A stretch of DNA of 64,000 nt from a virus. The notes below the pieces were generated by a model that saw only the letters and a program-made list of their open reading frames with translations, made no database searches and was not told the origin of the DNA. Positions 42,426 through 52,204 of this stretch are shown in pieces. The DNA lies in the IMG/VR virus record IMGVR_UViG_3300008255_000115, positions 35,193-99,192 of that record, one strand, 5' to 3'. Each line of letters starts with the position of its first letter. Positions within the stretch are counted from its first letter, which is position 1. The translations under genes and the position numbers were made by a program.

Positions 42426-43568
42426 ACCTCCTCTACCATGAACTTTAATCTTTCCATCTTCACTGTTTTTATACTTAGTAATGTTACTAATAGCAGTATC
42501 ACACTGAACAACGGTTATCTCAGTTCCTGTTTTATGCATATGATGCAGTTCATGAAAGAATTCTGTTAATTCAGTATCACTAACAGATCCTGATGTGTCT
42601 ACACCTACTAATACATGTAATTTTTCTTGTATTTTAAGACCTGGACTTTTAGGAAATCTTTTACTTTTTTTCCTTCTTGTCTTCTTAGCATTAGTTTGAG
42701 TTGATCCTCCTACAAAGTTTCTTAGGTAACCTTTCCAATCAAATTTTGGAGGTTCTGATTTATTGAGTTCATCAATAAGACCTTTTAATTCTCCAGGGAC
42801 TGTACCTCTACTCTTAGATACTTGTTGAGCAACTTCTTTAAGTTGATACTCAATTTGCTTTTGAATCATTTTCTTCTCAGCTTCACTGAGTGAGTTAAAT
42901 TCATCCCAAGTTACATGTTTCCAAGGAGCTTGGCCAGGATGTCCACCAGGATTATTACCTAGAACATCATTTAAGTTAGAACAAGTACTTTGACCATTTT
43001 GGTCCATTGTTTCAGCAAGTTTCTTATAGTAATAATCAGTTCCAGATTTAGGTTCTAATGGATTATTATCTTTATCTTTAAAATCTTCTAAGAATAGAGC
43101 TCTCATTGGAATTTTTAATAATTGATCTCTTGCTTCTTTTTGATCTATTTCTCCAGCAGTTTCTTTTCTTTTAATTTCATCAATGAATATTTTTGTATCA
43201 TCTTCATAGCTTTTCTTATCAGAATAAGTTCCACCAGGAAGATATGATCTATCAATATATTGATTTATTTCTAAATCTGCTGCAATATTAAATAGTTCTT
43301 TATTAGTATAACTATCTCTTAATAATAAATGCTGAAAACATACATGTAAAATCTCATGTTTCAAAATTCCAACTCTATATTCTTGAGAAAGGTTTTCCCA
43401 AAATATAGGATTAATAGCTAACTGAACATTAATATTATGTTTACTAACGCCTGCTGTATCAAGTTCATGTCTCCAAACTTTATTCATCATAATAAGAAAG
43501 AGCCCATAGAAAGGTTCTTTTAACATGAGTTCTTTTGTTGCTTTACTAAGTGTTTCTTGATTTGTCAT
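42426..43568 (-). CDS. Exon 1 of VWA-domain protein with HExxH metallopeptidase (DUF2201-like), spliced product 442 aa
   Basis: KHEILH, NIAADLEINQ, MIDAS DTSGS; 381 codons end at GRGG at the 5' splice site. Confidence 0.9.
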
Positions 43569-43836
43569 GATGTTGAGTTATGAGATCCTTTACCTTTAAC
43601 ATTGAAAGCCAAGTTTCAGGATCATTTGTTTGTATTTCTTTTAAACATTCTTCTGGTGCAAGTTCTAACATGAGTTCATTATCAAATCTACATATAGTTG
43701 CACAATATCCACATATTGATATATCATGAACTTTAGGACTATCAGGATTAGAATCTGTTGTTGCTACTGCATTAATTGTTTTTTTACAATTAGGGCAATA
43801 GTCAGGTTTTGTATCATACACTTTGTTTTGTGGCAT
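43546..43836 (-). CDS. Small zinc-ribbon protein
   Basis: CPNC...CGYC. Confidence 0.7.
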   Translation of the reverse strand: MPQNKVYDTKPDYCPNCKKTINAVATTDSNPDSPKVHDISICGYCATICRFDNELMLELAPEECLKEIQTNDPETWLSMLKVKDLITQHHDKSRNT

Positions 43837-44341
43837 AATCTTTTATTTTATACATTGCTAATTCATTTTCAAGTTCAGCTATTTTCAGATCTTTTGGATC
43901 TGGCATATCTTTTGGTCTAAACTCCATTTCTAAATCTTCAAAAAGTTCAAATCCAAATTCTTTCAAAAGGGCTTTTAGATCATCTCTTAGTATATTTAAC
44001 ATAAAAGAAAGTTCTTCTTTTTTATTTCTTTCTTTAGTAATTTCAAAGATTTTTCTAAATGATAACTTAGATATATCCGTTCCACTATCTCTTAATATAT
44101 TTGTTATATTTGAAAATAAAGTAGGATAATTTGTTTCTAACCTTGTTGTTTTGCTTCCAAATAAAGATTCATAAGTCTCTTTTAAAAGACATAATATAAA
44201 TACTTGTGAATCCTTAAAGTCAGATTGTTCTAATATAGTCATAGCTAATGTAATAGATGTATCATCATTACATGTCAACATCTTTAGAATCTCTTCATAA
44301 TTCTCAGTAGATACTACACTCTTTTCTGTTAGTTTTTCCAT
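43814..44341 (-). CDS. Hypothetical protein with shared helical motif (175 aa)
   Basis: N-terminal ENYEEILKMLTCNDDTSITLAMTILE. Confidence 0.7.
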   Translation of the reverse strand: MEKLTEKSVVSTENYEEILKMLTCNDDTSITLAMTILEQSDFKDSQVFILCLLKETYESLFGSKTTRLETNYPTLFSNITNILRDSGTDISKLSFRKIFEITKERNKKEELSFMLNILRDDLKALLKEFGFELFEDLEMEFRPKDMPDPKDLKIAELENELAMYKIKDYATKQSV

Positions 44342-44342
44342 A

Positions 44343-44798
44343 TTATTTTATATTTAATTCTTGTTTACATAATTCTAGCATATGCATAGCATCAGCTACA
44401 TTATCATCTTCACCTATATAACCATACTTAGACTTAGCTGCTTTAATCATAGCTGGTTTACCAGCACTACCATTGTCTGTTGCAAACTTTTTTATTTCTT
44501 TAGCAGAATAAGCTTTGTAATCTATACCTGTTTCTTCACAAAATTTTTCAATTATTCCAATCATTTTAGATTGATGTATAACAGAAGCTGTATGTTGTCC
44601 AGCAGCTCTTTCATATATAATAAGATCTAGTTTTTCAACTTCATGTATTTCTTGAAGTTTTGCTTTAAAACGTATAAGTTTCATACCCATGGATTCATCT
44701 CTTAATGTTTTAAGATCCCAAGTACCATATAAAAGACTTGTGTCAATGGCCCAACCTGTAGTTGAAGCAACATCCAAGCTTAATATTTTTAATTTCAT
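44343..44798 (-). CDS. RuvC-like Holliday junction resolvase
   Basis: ILSLD...TGWA, IIYE, IKKFAT..G.A.K..M and DNVADA motifs. Confidence 0.85.
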   Translation of the reverse strand: MKLKILSLDVASTTGWAIDTSLLYGTWDLKTLRDESMGMKLIRFKAKLQEIHEVEKLDLIIYERAAGQHTASVIHQSKMIGIIEKFCEETGIDYKAYSAKEIKKFATDNGSAGKPAMIKAAKSKYGYIGEDDNVADAMHMLELCKQELNIK

Positions 44799-45745
44799 AT
44801 TTTTGGAATAAATGGTGTTAAATACTGTTTTACTTTTTTTGCTCCATAATCTCTTATTGAATCAGAAGGATCTTTAGACATTTTAAGATATATACCTGAA
44901 ATATTATAATTATCTTTATACTTGTCCATTGCATTATATCCAGCAATATCATTATCAAAAATAGTATATATATATTTATATTTCAAGAAATAACTACTTA
45001 GTACTGCATTTGGTATCATTGTATTTTCACTATCTGGAGCAACTAACTCAATGTCAGAAAAGTTTAAAGAATCTATGGACATAATATCTTTAAGAGAAGA
45101 TGTTATTAGAAGTATTGGTTTTTTATAACTTAACTGTTCAGATCCTTGTATATAAGAAAACAATTGAAGAAATCTTTTTTTTCTAAAAGGTTGATATACT
45201 TTATAAAGTTCTCCTGAATTTGTGAAATAACCATATAAATTAGGACCATTAATTATTATTTCTTTAGAAATTCCATTATTAGATTTAGCTACAGTATATT
45301 CTTTTAAAGGAAGTACATTATATTTTTTTAAAATCTTGCTACCAATATTAAATTGAGTCCAGAAGTCTGCATCATGCTTTGTCCATTTTCTAGTTGTATG
45401 TGCTGTAACTTTAAAACCTGATGTTTTTTGTAATTCTATAATTTTTATTTTTTCTTTATTATTTATAAAATCTTCTCTTATTTTATCAATAGCATCAATA
45501 AAATTAAGATTAAAAAGGTATGATACTAATAATATACAACCTCCTTTTTTACCTGATGAAAAGTCATTAAATCTATAATTAGAATCTAAATAATAAATTT
45601 TCATTGATGGTGTTTTTTCTTCTTTAAAAAGGGATTTTATTATTACAGTTTGACCATGTAACTTTTCTGGAAGATTACAATAATATTCAAAAATCCAAGT
45701 ATCAGGAATACCATCAACATTTCCATTTTTTGTAGTTCTTATCAT
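44795..45745 (-). CDS. DNA primase (Toprim, crAss-like)
   Basis: EKTPS...FNDFSSG..G N-terminal region, LLITSSLKD, FDND.AG, KDPSD. Confidence 0.85.
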   Translation of the reverse strand: MIRTTKNGNVDGIPDTWIFEYYCNLPEKLHGQTVIIKSLFKEEKTPSMKIYYLDSNYRFNDFSSGKKGGCILLVSYLFNLNFIDAIDKIREDFINNKEKIKIIELQKTSGFKVTAHTTRKWTKHDADFWTQFNIGSKILKKYNVLPLKEYTVAKSNNGISKEIIINGPNLYGYFTNSGELYKVYQPFRKKRFLQLFSYIQGSEQLSYKKPILLITSSLKDIMSIDSLNFSDIELVAPDSENTMIPNAVLSSYFLKYKYIYTIFDNDIAGYNAMDKYKDNYNISGIYLKMSKDPSDSIRDYGAKKVKQYLTPFIPKI

Positions 45746-45756
45746 AAGTTATAGGT

Positions 45757-45787
45757 AAAAAAGAGGGAGTCTGTAAAAGACCCCCTC
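45757..45787 (-). terminator. Intrinsic terminator after SSB
   Basis: On - strand GAGGGGGTCT-ttTAC-AGACTCCCTC followed by T6. Confidence 0.8.
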
Positions 45788-45793
45788 AGTTAT

Positions 45794-46456
45794 TTATACT
45801 TCAAAATCATCAGTAGTTGCTGGTTCAAAATCTTCTACTTCTTTTACTTTTCTTTTTATAATATGATCATTTGCATTAAATCTATATACTTTTCCTGTAG
45901 ATTCATTTGCAGAATTTTCAAAAGGAATACCTGACTTACTATATTTAGGGAAGAATAAGTCATAACTAGTATAACCAGCTTTGTTTTCATATTCTCTACC
46001 AGCTAAACAAGCAGTAATAAATTTGTTTTTAAATGGTGCATCTTCATTCATTTTTTCAACAAGAGACTCAATTGTTTCATGTTTTCCATCTTGAGCTTCA
46101 TACCATTCTAAACAGTCAGTTGCTATAGCTAAATTTTTTAAAAACTTAGTAATTTCAACATCTCTATCAATAATCATATTAGGAAGAACTTTATCCTGAT
46201 AAGCCCATTGACTTGATTTTACTCTTCCTACTTGGCCTTTATAACGACCTTCATTTTCATTATCTTTGTTTATGAAAAAGCCTTCAAAATCTCCACCTAA
46301 AGCAGGTCCTTCACAGTCTAATGCAATATGATATGCATTTTCTCCAAAGGGAAACTTTTCTAAATAAAGTTTGTTAATTTTAATATTTACATTACCTGGT
46401 TGTAAACTTTTAGGTGTTGTTCCACCTCCCATAGGGACATCTTTTGTGTTAATCAT
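45794..46456 (-). CDS. Putative single-stranded DNA-binding protein
   Basis: Beta-rich; acidic-hydrophobic C-terminus (TTDDFEV); lies between Sak4-like ATPase and primase. Confidence 0.6.
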   Translation of the reverse strand: MINTKDVPMGGGTTPKSLQPGNVNIKINKLYLEKFPFGENAYHIALDCEGPALGGDFEGFFINKDNENEGRYKGQVGRVKSSQWAYQDKVLPNMIIDRDVEITKFLKNLAIATDCLEWYEAQDGKHETIESLVEKMNEDAPFKNKFITACLAGREYENKAGYTSYDLFFPKYSKSGIPFENSANESTGKVYRFNANDHIIKRKVKEVEDFEPATTDDFEV

Positions 46457-46470
46457 TTTTTTGTTTGTTT

Positions 46471-47154
46471 TTATTGTTCATAATTAATAATTGCTTCTTT
46501 TACCAGTTTTAAATTATTGGGAATATCCACTGATTCAAACATCCCTATTGGTGACTTACATGTATTACTTCCATCATTTTGAGTTTCAAATACGTATTCA
46601 AGTTCACCATCTTTATCTCTTTTTATTTTTCCATAAAGTACAATAGAAAATAAACCTTCAAGAGTTAACTTTTCATCAACCATTTTACCTATGGTTTTTG
46701 CTTTAGTTTTTCTCTTTCCTTTATTATCTACAATATCTTCAGCATGTGTTAAGAAGAATACAATAAGATCATTTCTCATTGTAACTGGTTTTTTAGCTAC
46801 TTGAGCTAACCATTTTCCAATATCAGTAAACTTATCATAACCTTTTTCATCTGATCTATCAAAAAATTCAAATGCACTCATGTACTGAAAATCATCTATT
46901 ATTAAGGTCTTAATTTCAGGCCTATCTTTATTTACATAATCCATAGCTTTTATAATACCTGCAGGTGAGTTTACTGCTGACATTCTTCCAGTAGGATTGT
47001 CTTTACTTAACATAGGATACTTATTTTTCCAACCTTTAAAAGGTAGTGGTTTATTAGCTATATTTATAATAAATGTTTCTTTTTCATATAAATTCATTAT
47101 AGATGTAGTTTTTCCGGAACCTGATTCTGCTATTATTAATACACTTGTAGCCAT
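46471..47154 (-). CDS. AAA_24/Sak4-like P-loop ATPase (ssDNA annealing)
   Basis: ESGSGKTTS, LIIDDFQY, FLTH, CKSPIGMF, NNL. Confidence 0.8.
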   Translation of the reverse strand: MATSVLIIAESGSGKTTSIMNLYEKETFIINIANKPLPFKGWKNKYPMLSKDNPTGRMSAVNSPAGIIKAMDYVNKDRPEIKTLIIDDFQYMSAFEFFDRSDEKGYDKFTDIGKWLAQVAKKPVTMRNDLIVFFLTHAEDIVDNKGKRKTKAKTIGKMVDEKLTLEGLFSIVLYGKIKRDKDGELEYVFETQNDGSNTCKSPIGMFESVDIPNNLKLVKEAIINYEQ

Positions 47155-47694
47155 TTAAAAGGGGTTTTGAGTTGCTTCATTTATAATTTCATTTAACCAT
47201 GGTTTAGAACTTTTAGCTACACCCAACTTGATACAAGCATAATCTCTTAATGTCATCTGATCCATGGGGGTATCAGCAAATTCATCAGTAGGGATAGTAA
47301 CTATTTTTTTATTATTTTCTTTTTTACTGAGTTGATTAATAGGTGTTTTCACTACTTCTAATTCCTCCATAGGAACATAATATCTAACACTTGTTGTACC
47401 CACATCAGATACTAATTCATCTTTAAAATGTGGGTTGTTTCTAAACTTATACAAAGTTCTTGTGGGATCTTCTGATTCCATCCGCATACTTACCATTTCT
47501 GTATAAATATCCTTACCTTGATTAAGTTCACTTTCAAAGAATCCCATGTGTAACCCTTGTAATCCTTTGACATGATGAGCCATTTTAGGAATATAAAGAG
47601 CATCAGGTATACCTAGTTTATCAAATATGGGTTGATGTTTTTGTCTAAGTAAAAGTGTTGCCTCTTTCCTTTCTTGAGGTGTTGGTTTATTCAT
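47155..47694 (-). CDS. Hypothetical protein (179 aa)
   Basis: ORF abutting the ATPase gene. Confidence 0.75.
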   Translation of the reverse strand: MNKPTPQERKEATLLLRQKHQPIFDKLGIPDALYIPKMAHHVKGLQGLHMGFFESELNQGKDIYTEMVSMRMESEDPTRTLYKFRNNPHFKDELVSDVGTTSVRYYVPMEELEVVKTPINQLSKKENNKKIVTIPTDEFADTPMDQMTLRDYACIKLGVAKSSKPWLNEIINEATQNPF

Positions 47695-47716
47695 TCATTC
47701 TTAATTTAATTAATAA

Positions 47717-48742
47717 TTACATATTTCTTGCTCTTGTTTCTCCTCTTGCTGGAGTTGGTACTTCATCAATACGCATTTTATTAAATGCAGCATTAAAAAA
47801 TGTTAAACCATTTTCTCCATTTCTACTTTTTAAAAAGTGCATGACAAGAAGTTTATCATCAGGTATAATATACCTTTCAGGGCCATAAAAACGGATTTTC
47901 TGTCTACCTGGAAGATTCAGACCTATTACTGTATCTGCATGTTGCAGGAGCGCATCAGCTCCAAAGATATCTGAATCTAATATATAGTTTCCATATTTCC
48001 CATCTTCGTTTCTTTCTGGGTGATCAACTGATCTATTTAATTGACTTAAAATAATAAATATTATAGGATACTTTCTTTTTAATCTTGTTAAAGTTGCTCC
48101 AAGTTCATATAACATATCATTTCTAGTTTGATGCTTTTCACACTCTAATAATATTGAATGGTCTAATGTTATAACTGTGTTTTGATATTTTCTTTTAACT
48201 TCATCTTTACCTGTTTTTGAATTTCTTAGTGTTTCAACAGTTGAATAATGTTTCATATATGTAACTATATGAGCTTCAAATCCTTTTACAGTAGGAGCAT
48301 CTTCAATTACATCAATATTATATTTAACCATTTCTTGAGCATATGCTAAACAGTTTTTTAGATCTTCATCAGTTATAACCTTCTTTCCTTCTTCTTCAGC
48401 ACTACATAAATATTTATAACTTTTTTCAATATAAGAAGACATACCTCTTATTGCAGAAACTTTTCCTAACATTTCTAATGAAAAATCTAATACTCTCATA
48501 TTTGCTGTAGGGTTAAGTCTAAAAGCTTCTCTAATAAGTTGATCTTTAACTACTGTTTTTCCTGTTCCTGGTCTACCACCTACAACATTAGTTGAATGCC
48601 ATTCAAAACCATTTAAGGTTGCATTATTAACTTTAGGCCATGGTGTTTTTAAACTTGATATTATTCCTTCTTTCCTACCTTTGAGGTATTTTAGAGCTTC
48701 ATTAAAACTCTCTTTTTGCGGTTTCCAAGGTAAATCTGTCAT
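47717..48742 (-). CDS. dnaB: DnaB-like replicative helicase
   Basis: GGRPGTGKT, FSLEM, LDH, LSQLNR, ADALLQHAD, KSRNG. Confidence 0.92.
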   Translation of the reverse strand: MTDLPWKPQKESFNEALKYLKGRKEGIISSLKTPWPKVNNATLNGFEWHSTNVVGGRPGTGKTVVKDQLIREAFRLNPTANMRVLDFSLEMLGKVSAIRGMSSYIEKSYKYLCSAEEEGKKVITDEDLKNCLAYAQEMVKYNIDVIEDAPTVKGFEAHIVTYMKHYSTVETLRNSKTGKDEVKRKYQNTVITLDHSILLECEKHQTRNDMLYELGATLTRLKRKYPIIFIILSQLNRSVDHPERNEDGKYGNYILDSDIFGADALLQHADTVIGLNLPGRQKIRFYGPERYIIPDDKLLVMHFLKSRNGENGLTFFNAAFNKMRIDEVPTPARGETRARNM

Positions 48743-48851
48743 AATTAAAAGTGAATAATTTCCCTATTCACATTGTGAAATATTTTACTAACTAACATAT
48801 ATTTGGAATTAAGGGATTGTAAAAATACACATTAATTTTATAATGTGCAAC

Positions 48852-49442
48852 TTAAAATACATTTTCTTTGAAGAATCCTTCTTCTGGTTCATCACTACCA
48901 TCTCTTACGGCTTGACACCAATTAGATAATTCTGATTTCCAAGATTTATCTAGTTCTTGTTTTCTAACAAAATACTGACTGTTAATTGTAAATTTCCAAC
49001 TATCTCTTTCTCTGTTATCCAAATAAGAAGCTGTAGCTTTAAATATTTCTTGCCAAGTATAATCATTATTATCAAAGAACCATCTAAAACCTGGTGTTAA
49101 ATTAGATTTTGAGGATCTTGCTAATTTACCAGTATTTAATCTCATCTTTGGAAACATTTCATTATACTTATTTATATTTTCATCAAAATCATCACCCATT
49201 ACAATTTCATCAGTCTTTTTCTTTGCTCTTTTAAAGTAACCATCTATCTCTTTAGTAATTCTTTTACCTTTAGTAGATATTTCTCCCGATTCCAGGATCC
49301 ATCCTTTATTTCTCAGGTGTCTGATTTCCAGATCTTGGTTTATAGTAGGGGCTGTTTGGTCATTAAACATTGACCATAATAAATAAAACTGATTAGGAGT
49401 TAACTCATGTCTTATCAGCATTTTCCACATTTCTTCCATCAA
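48852..49442 (-). CDS. Hypothetical protein, possible wHTH replication/helicase-loader-like factor
   Basis: N-terminal LTPNQFYLL...LRNKGWI...ISTKG winged-helix-like pattern; upstream of DnaB. Confidence 0.45.
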   Translation of the reverse strand: MMEEMWKMLIRHELTPNQFYLLWSMFNDQTAPTINQDLEIRHLRNKGWILESGEISTKGKRITKEIDGYFKRAKKKTDEIVMGDDFDENINKYNEMFPKMRLNTGKLARSSKSNLTPGFRWFFDNNDYTWQEIFKATASYLDNRERDSWKFTINSQYFVRKQELDKSWKSELSNWCQAVRDGSDEPEEGFFKENVF

Positions 49443-49761
49443 ATTGTTTTTTATAATTTCTAATTATTAATTGGTGTTCAGTTGGTGTAGGTTTACTTAT
49501 AGACAAAAAATTATATTTTTTTGGATACTTGATTATTGTAGCATAATCATCTTCATTAGTTGAAAAAGGCTCTTTAGTTTTAGTGAATCCAAAATTATCA
49601 TTTTCTTTTCTGTTTTCTAATATAGCTCTACTTAAAAATAGCTGAAATTGTTTTTCTGTTATTTTTACTTTTCTTATTATTTGACTCTTACTGTATATCT
49701 TCCAAAGACCTAAAAATTCTTTGTATTTTTCAGTATTTGTTTTTTTACATTCACCTCTCAT
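49405..49761 (-). CDS. Hypothetical protein (118 aa)
   Basis: ORF in operon orientation. Confidence 0.55.
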   Translation of the reverse strand: MRGECKKTNTEKYKEFLGLWKIYSKSQIIRKVKITEKQFQLFLSRAILENRKENDNFGFTKTKEPFSTNEDDYATIIKYPKKYNFLSISKPTPTEHQLIIRNYKKQFDGRNVENADKT

Positions 49762-49820
49762 ATTTTAAAATTTGGTTTTTACAGCAAAAATGCTTATATT
49801 ATAGTATAAAAATATAAATT

Positions 49821-50099
49821 ATGACTATTAGAAAAAAATCTAGTTTTGTATTCTTTCAAGATATCTTCAGAGAAAAATGCGGGGGAAAATATTCTTCAAA
49901 GAAAATCTGGGGTACTATTATAATGCTTTTAGTTTCTACTGCTTTTGTTATAGATGGGCTTAATTTTTATACAGTAAATGAAAACTTATTTAATTCAATG
50001 CTTATTGCAGGTACTACACTTATAGGCCTTGGTACATTAAATTTATTTTCTACTAAAAAAGATATAAACCCAGAAAAAATAGATGAAAAACAAAATTAA
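49821..50099 (+). CDS. Putative holin (two TM helices)
   Basis: YSSKK followed by two hydrophobic helices and a charged C-terminus; first gene of a + strand membrane cassette. Confidence 0.6.
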   Translation: MTIRKKSSFVFFQDIFREKCGGKYSSKKIWGTIIMLLVSTAFVIDGLNFYTVNENLFNSMLIAGTTLIGLGTLNLFSTKKDINPEKIDEKQN

Positions 50100-50415
50100 T
50101 ATAGTATTTGTAATTTTATTACTAATTATATTTGGTTTAATTGTTTATATTATCTTAAGTAAACCTGTTGTTCCAGTAGAAAAGTTTGATGATACAGTTC
50201 TTAGAGAACAAATAAGAAAGCAAGATAGTATTACTATACATTGGCAACAAGAATCTATACATTGGCAAAATTTAGCCACTTCATATGAATTAAAAGTTGA
50301 TAGTTTAGAAGCACTAAAGCCTATTATACATGAAAAATATAATAAACAAATTAAGTTTAATAACTCTGCTAATATGTTACAGCTGGACAGTATCATACGC
50401 TCAACCTGGAAGTAA
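50083..50415 (+). CDS. Putative i-spanin-like protein
   Basis: N-terminal TM helix then periplasmic coiled coil; overlaps both neighbours. Confidence 0.55.
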   Translation: MKNKINIVFVILLLIIFGLIVYIILSKPVVPVEKFDDTVLREQIRKQDSITIHWQQESIHWQNLATSYELKVDSLEALKPIIHEKYNKQIKFNNSANMLQLDSIIRSTWK

Positions 50416-50785
50416 GTTTACTACATGGCATTCAGGTGAAACATTGGCTTGTTATACTATAGATGAGTTGCGTCATATTGCTAATATGAGTATTGAACTT
50501 GAAAAAGCAATTGAACTTTATAACATTGCTCAACAACAACTGATTCTTAAAGATCGTACACTATTTGCCAAAGAGCAAGTTATAATATCTAAAGATTCAG
50601 TTATTGTAAGCATGGGATCAGTTATTAGTTTAAAAGAGGGAATCATAGTTGGCAAGAACCATGAAATAACGGATTTACGTACTGCATTATCCAAAACCAA
50701 TAGGCTGATTAAATGGCTTAAAATTCAGAAAGCTGGTCTTACAATTGGATTATCAGGTTTGGTAGTCTACTGTCTTTTTAAGTGA
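50330..50785 (+). CDS. Secreted/membrane coiled-coil protein, putative spanin partner
   Basis: Signal peptide ending SYA-Q, coiled coil, C-terminal hydrophobic segment; overlaps the previous gene by 86 nt. Confidence 0.5.
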   Translation: MKNIINKLSLITLLICYSWTVSYAQPGSKFTTWHSGETLACYTIDELRHIANMSIELEKAIELYNIAQQQLILKDRTLFAKEQVIISKDSVIVSMGSVISLKEGIIVGKNHEITDLRTALSKTNRLIKWLKIQKAGLTIGLSGLVVYCLFK

Positions 50786-51127
50786 TGTAGGTTTATTTAT
50801 TTTAGCTAATACTAAAAACAATTCTTCATTCTTCTTTTTATATTCAGCTAATTTTATGTCTTTATAATGATTAGCTTCTACTAGTTTTTTATTTTTAAGA
50901 ATAACAGCTCCAAGATTATCTTTTTGCATTCTTTCCTTAAACTCATTTATTTCTTGAGCACATTTAGTCTTTGTTTCTTTTAACTCAGTTTCTAATTGTT
51001 CAAGTTTAAGATCTTGTTTTCTTAATTGATCAAAAATCATCTTGTTTACTTGTCTCTCCCAAACTAATTTTTCAAAGTCAGTTTTTGGTCTTAAACCTAT
51101 TAATGGTTTTTCTTTTTCCATCACCAT
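50753..51127 (-). CDS. Hypothetical coiled-coil protein (124 aa)
   Basis: K/E-rich heptads. Confidence 0.65.
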   Translation of the reverse strand: MVMEKEKPLIGLRPKTDFEKLVWERQVNKMIFDQLRKQDLKLEQLETELKETKTKCAQEINEFKERMQKDNLGAVILKNKKLVEANHYKDIKLAEYKKKNEELFLVLAKINKPTSLKKTVDYQT

Positions 51128-51825
51128 ATGATTTTAGTTCCTATTTTAGATTCCACTAATTCACTAATTCTATTAAATACATCGTTACTTTCCCATTCTC
51201 CTCCTGAATAACAGGCAGAGGCTGGATGATAACAAAATAGTTTGTAGTTGGACTCAGGAATCTTTTTGGCCCATTCTCTTGCAGCTTGTCCCATAAATAC
51301 ATAAACTAATCCTGTATTCATATCAACAAGCTTCTTAAATAAGTATTCAACAAATGGTTTCCATATATCATAGTGCATTGCTATTTTTCCTACTTCTGTT
51401 GTAAATGCAGTATTCATTAATAACATGCCTTGTTTAGCCCATCTTGTTAAATCAGGTTCACATGCATACCAGTTTTCATTTATTGGTTTATATACAGTAT
51501 CTTGTATTTCTTGAAATATAACTTTAAGTGATGGTTGTATAACACCAGTATTACTACATGAAAAAGCAAGTCCATCAGCTACATTTTCTTGAGGATAAGG
51601 ATCTTGACCAATAATTACTACAGCCAGATCTTTATAAGGACACTCGTAAAATGCTCTAAATACTTGTTTAATACCAGGTGTTATCTTTCCATCAGCATGC
51701 AACTTGTATAGAGTTGTCATTAATATTTCAAAATTACTACTATCTATAAAATCATTTAATACTCTATCCCAACCAGAAGGTTTAAGCTTCTCCTTGAATT
51801 GGATTCTTATTTTCTGTATTTCCAT
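51121..51825 (-). CDS. ung: Uracil-DNA glycosylase (family 1)
   Basis: GQDPYP, ADGLAFS, PSL..IF.E, WAKQG.LL.N, HPAS. Confidence 0.95.
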   Translation of the reverse strand: MEIQKIRIQFKEKLKPSGWDRVLNDFIDSSNFEILMTTLYKLHADGKITPGIKQVFRAFYECPYKDLAVVIIGQDPYPQENVADGLAFSCSNTGVIQPSLKVIFQEIQDTVYKPINENWYACEPDLTRWAKQGMLLMNTAFTTEVGKIAMHYDIWKPFVEYLFKKLVDMNTGLVYVFMGQAAREWAKKIPESNYKLFCYHPASACYSGGEWESNDVFNRISELVESKIGTKIIW

Positions 51826-52204
51826 CCTTTATAAATATATATTTTTCTTCTGTATCAACAAATGCTATTCCATCAACATTGTGTTCTTTAAGTAAATCTT
51901 TTATCTTAACTAGCTCATTATTAGCTTCATGTTCAGTTGCATTTCTTGTTAATTGAAGAAACAATACCTTATCAGAATCATGATCTTCATATGATAATTT
52001 GCAATTAGGATGAGCACATTGTATTTTTTGAAGAGTTGCTTCTCCTAGTAATCCACCATGATTTTCAGAAGCATCTGCTATATGTTTTGGGCCCACTGTA
52101 AAAGGATGAGGTCTATAATTAACCTCATGAATACCAGAAACTTTAAGTATATTTTCTACTTTTAATACATCAGAAAAAACTATTAATAATTCTTCTTTTG
52201 TCAT
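51782..52204 (-). CDS. Hypothetical protein with H/C cluster (140 aa)
   Basis: PHPF...H...CAHPNC...H, possible metal site. Confidence 0.65.
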   Translation of the reverse strand: MTKEELLIVFSDVLKVENILKVSGIHEVNYRPHPFTVGPKHIADASENHGGLLGEATLQKIQCAHPNCKLSYEDHDSDKVLFLQLTRNATEHEANNELVKIKDLLKEHNVDGIAFVDTEEKYIFIKDGNTENKNPIQGEA

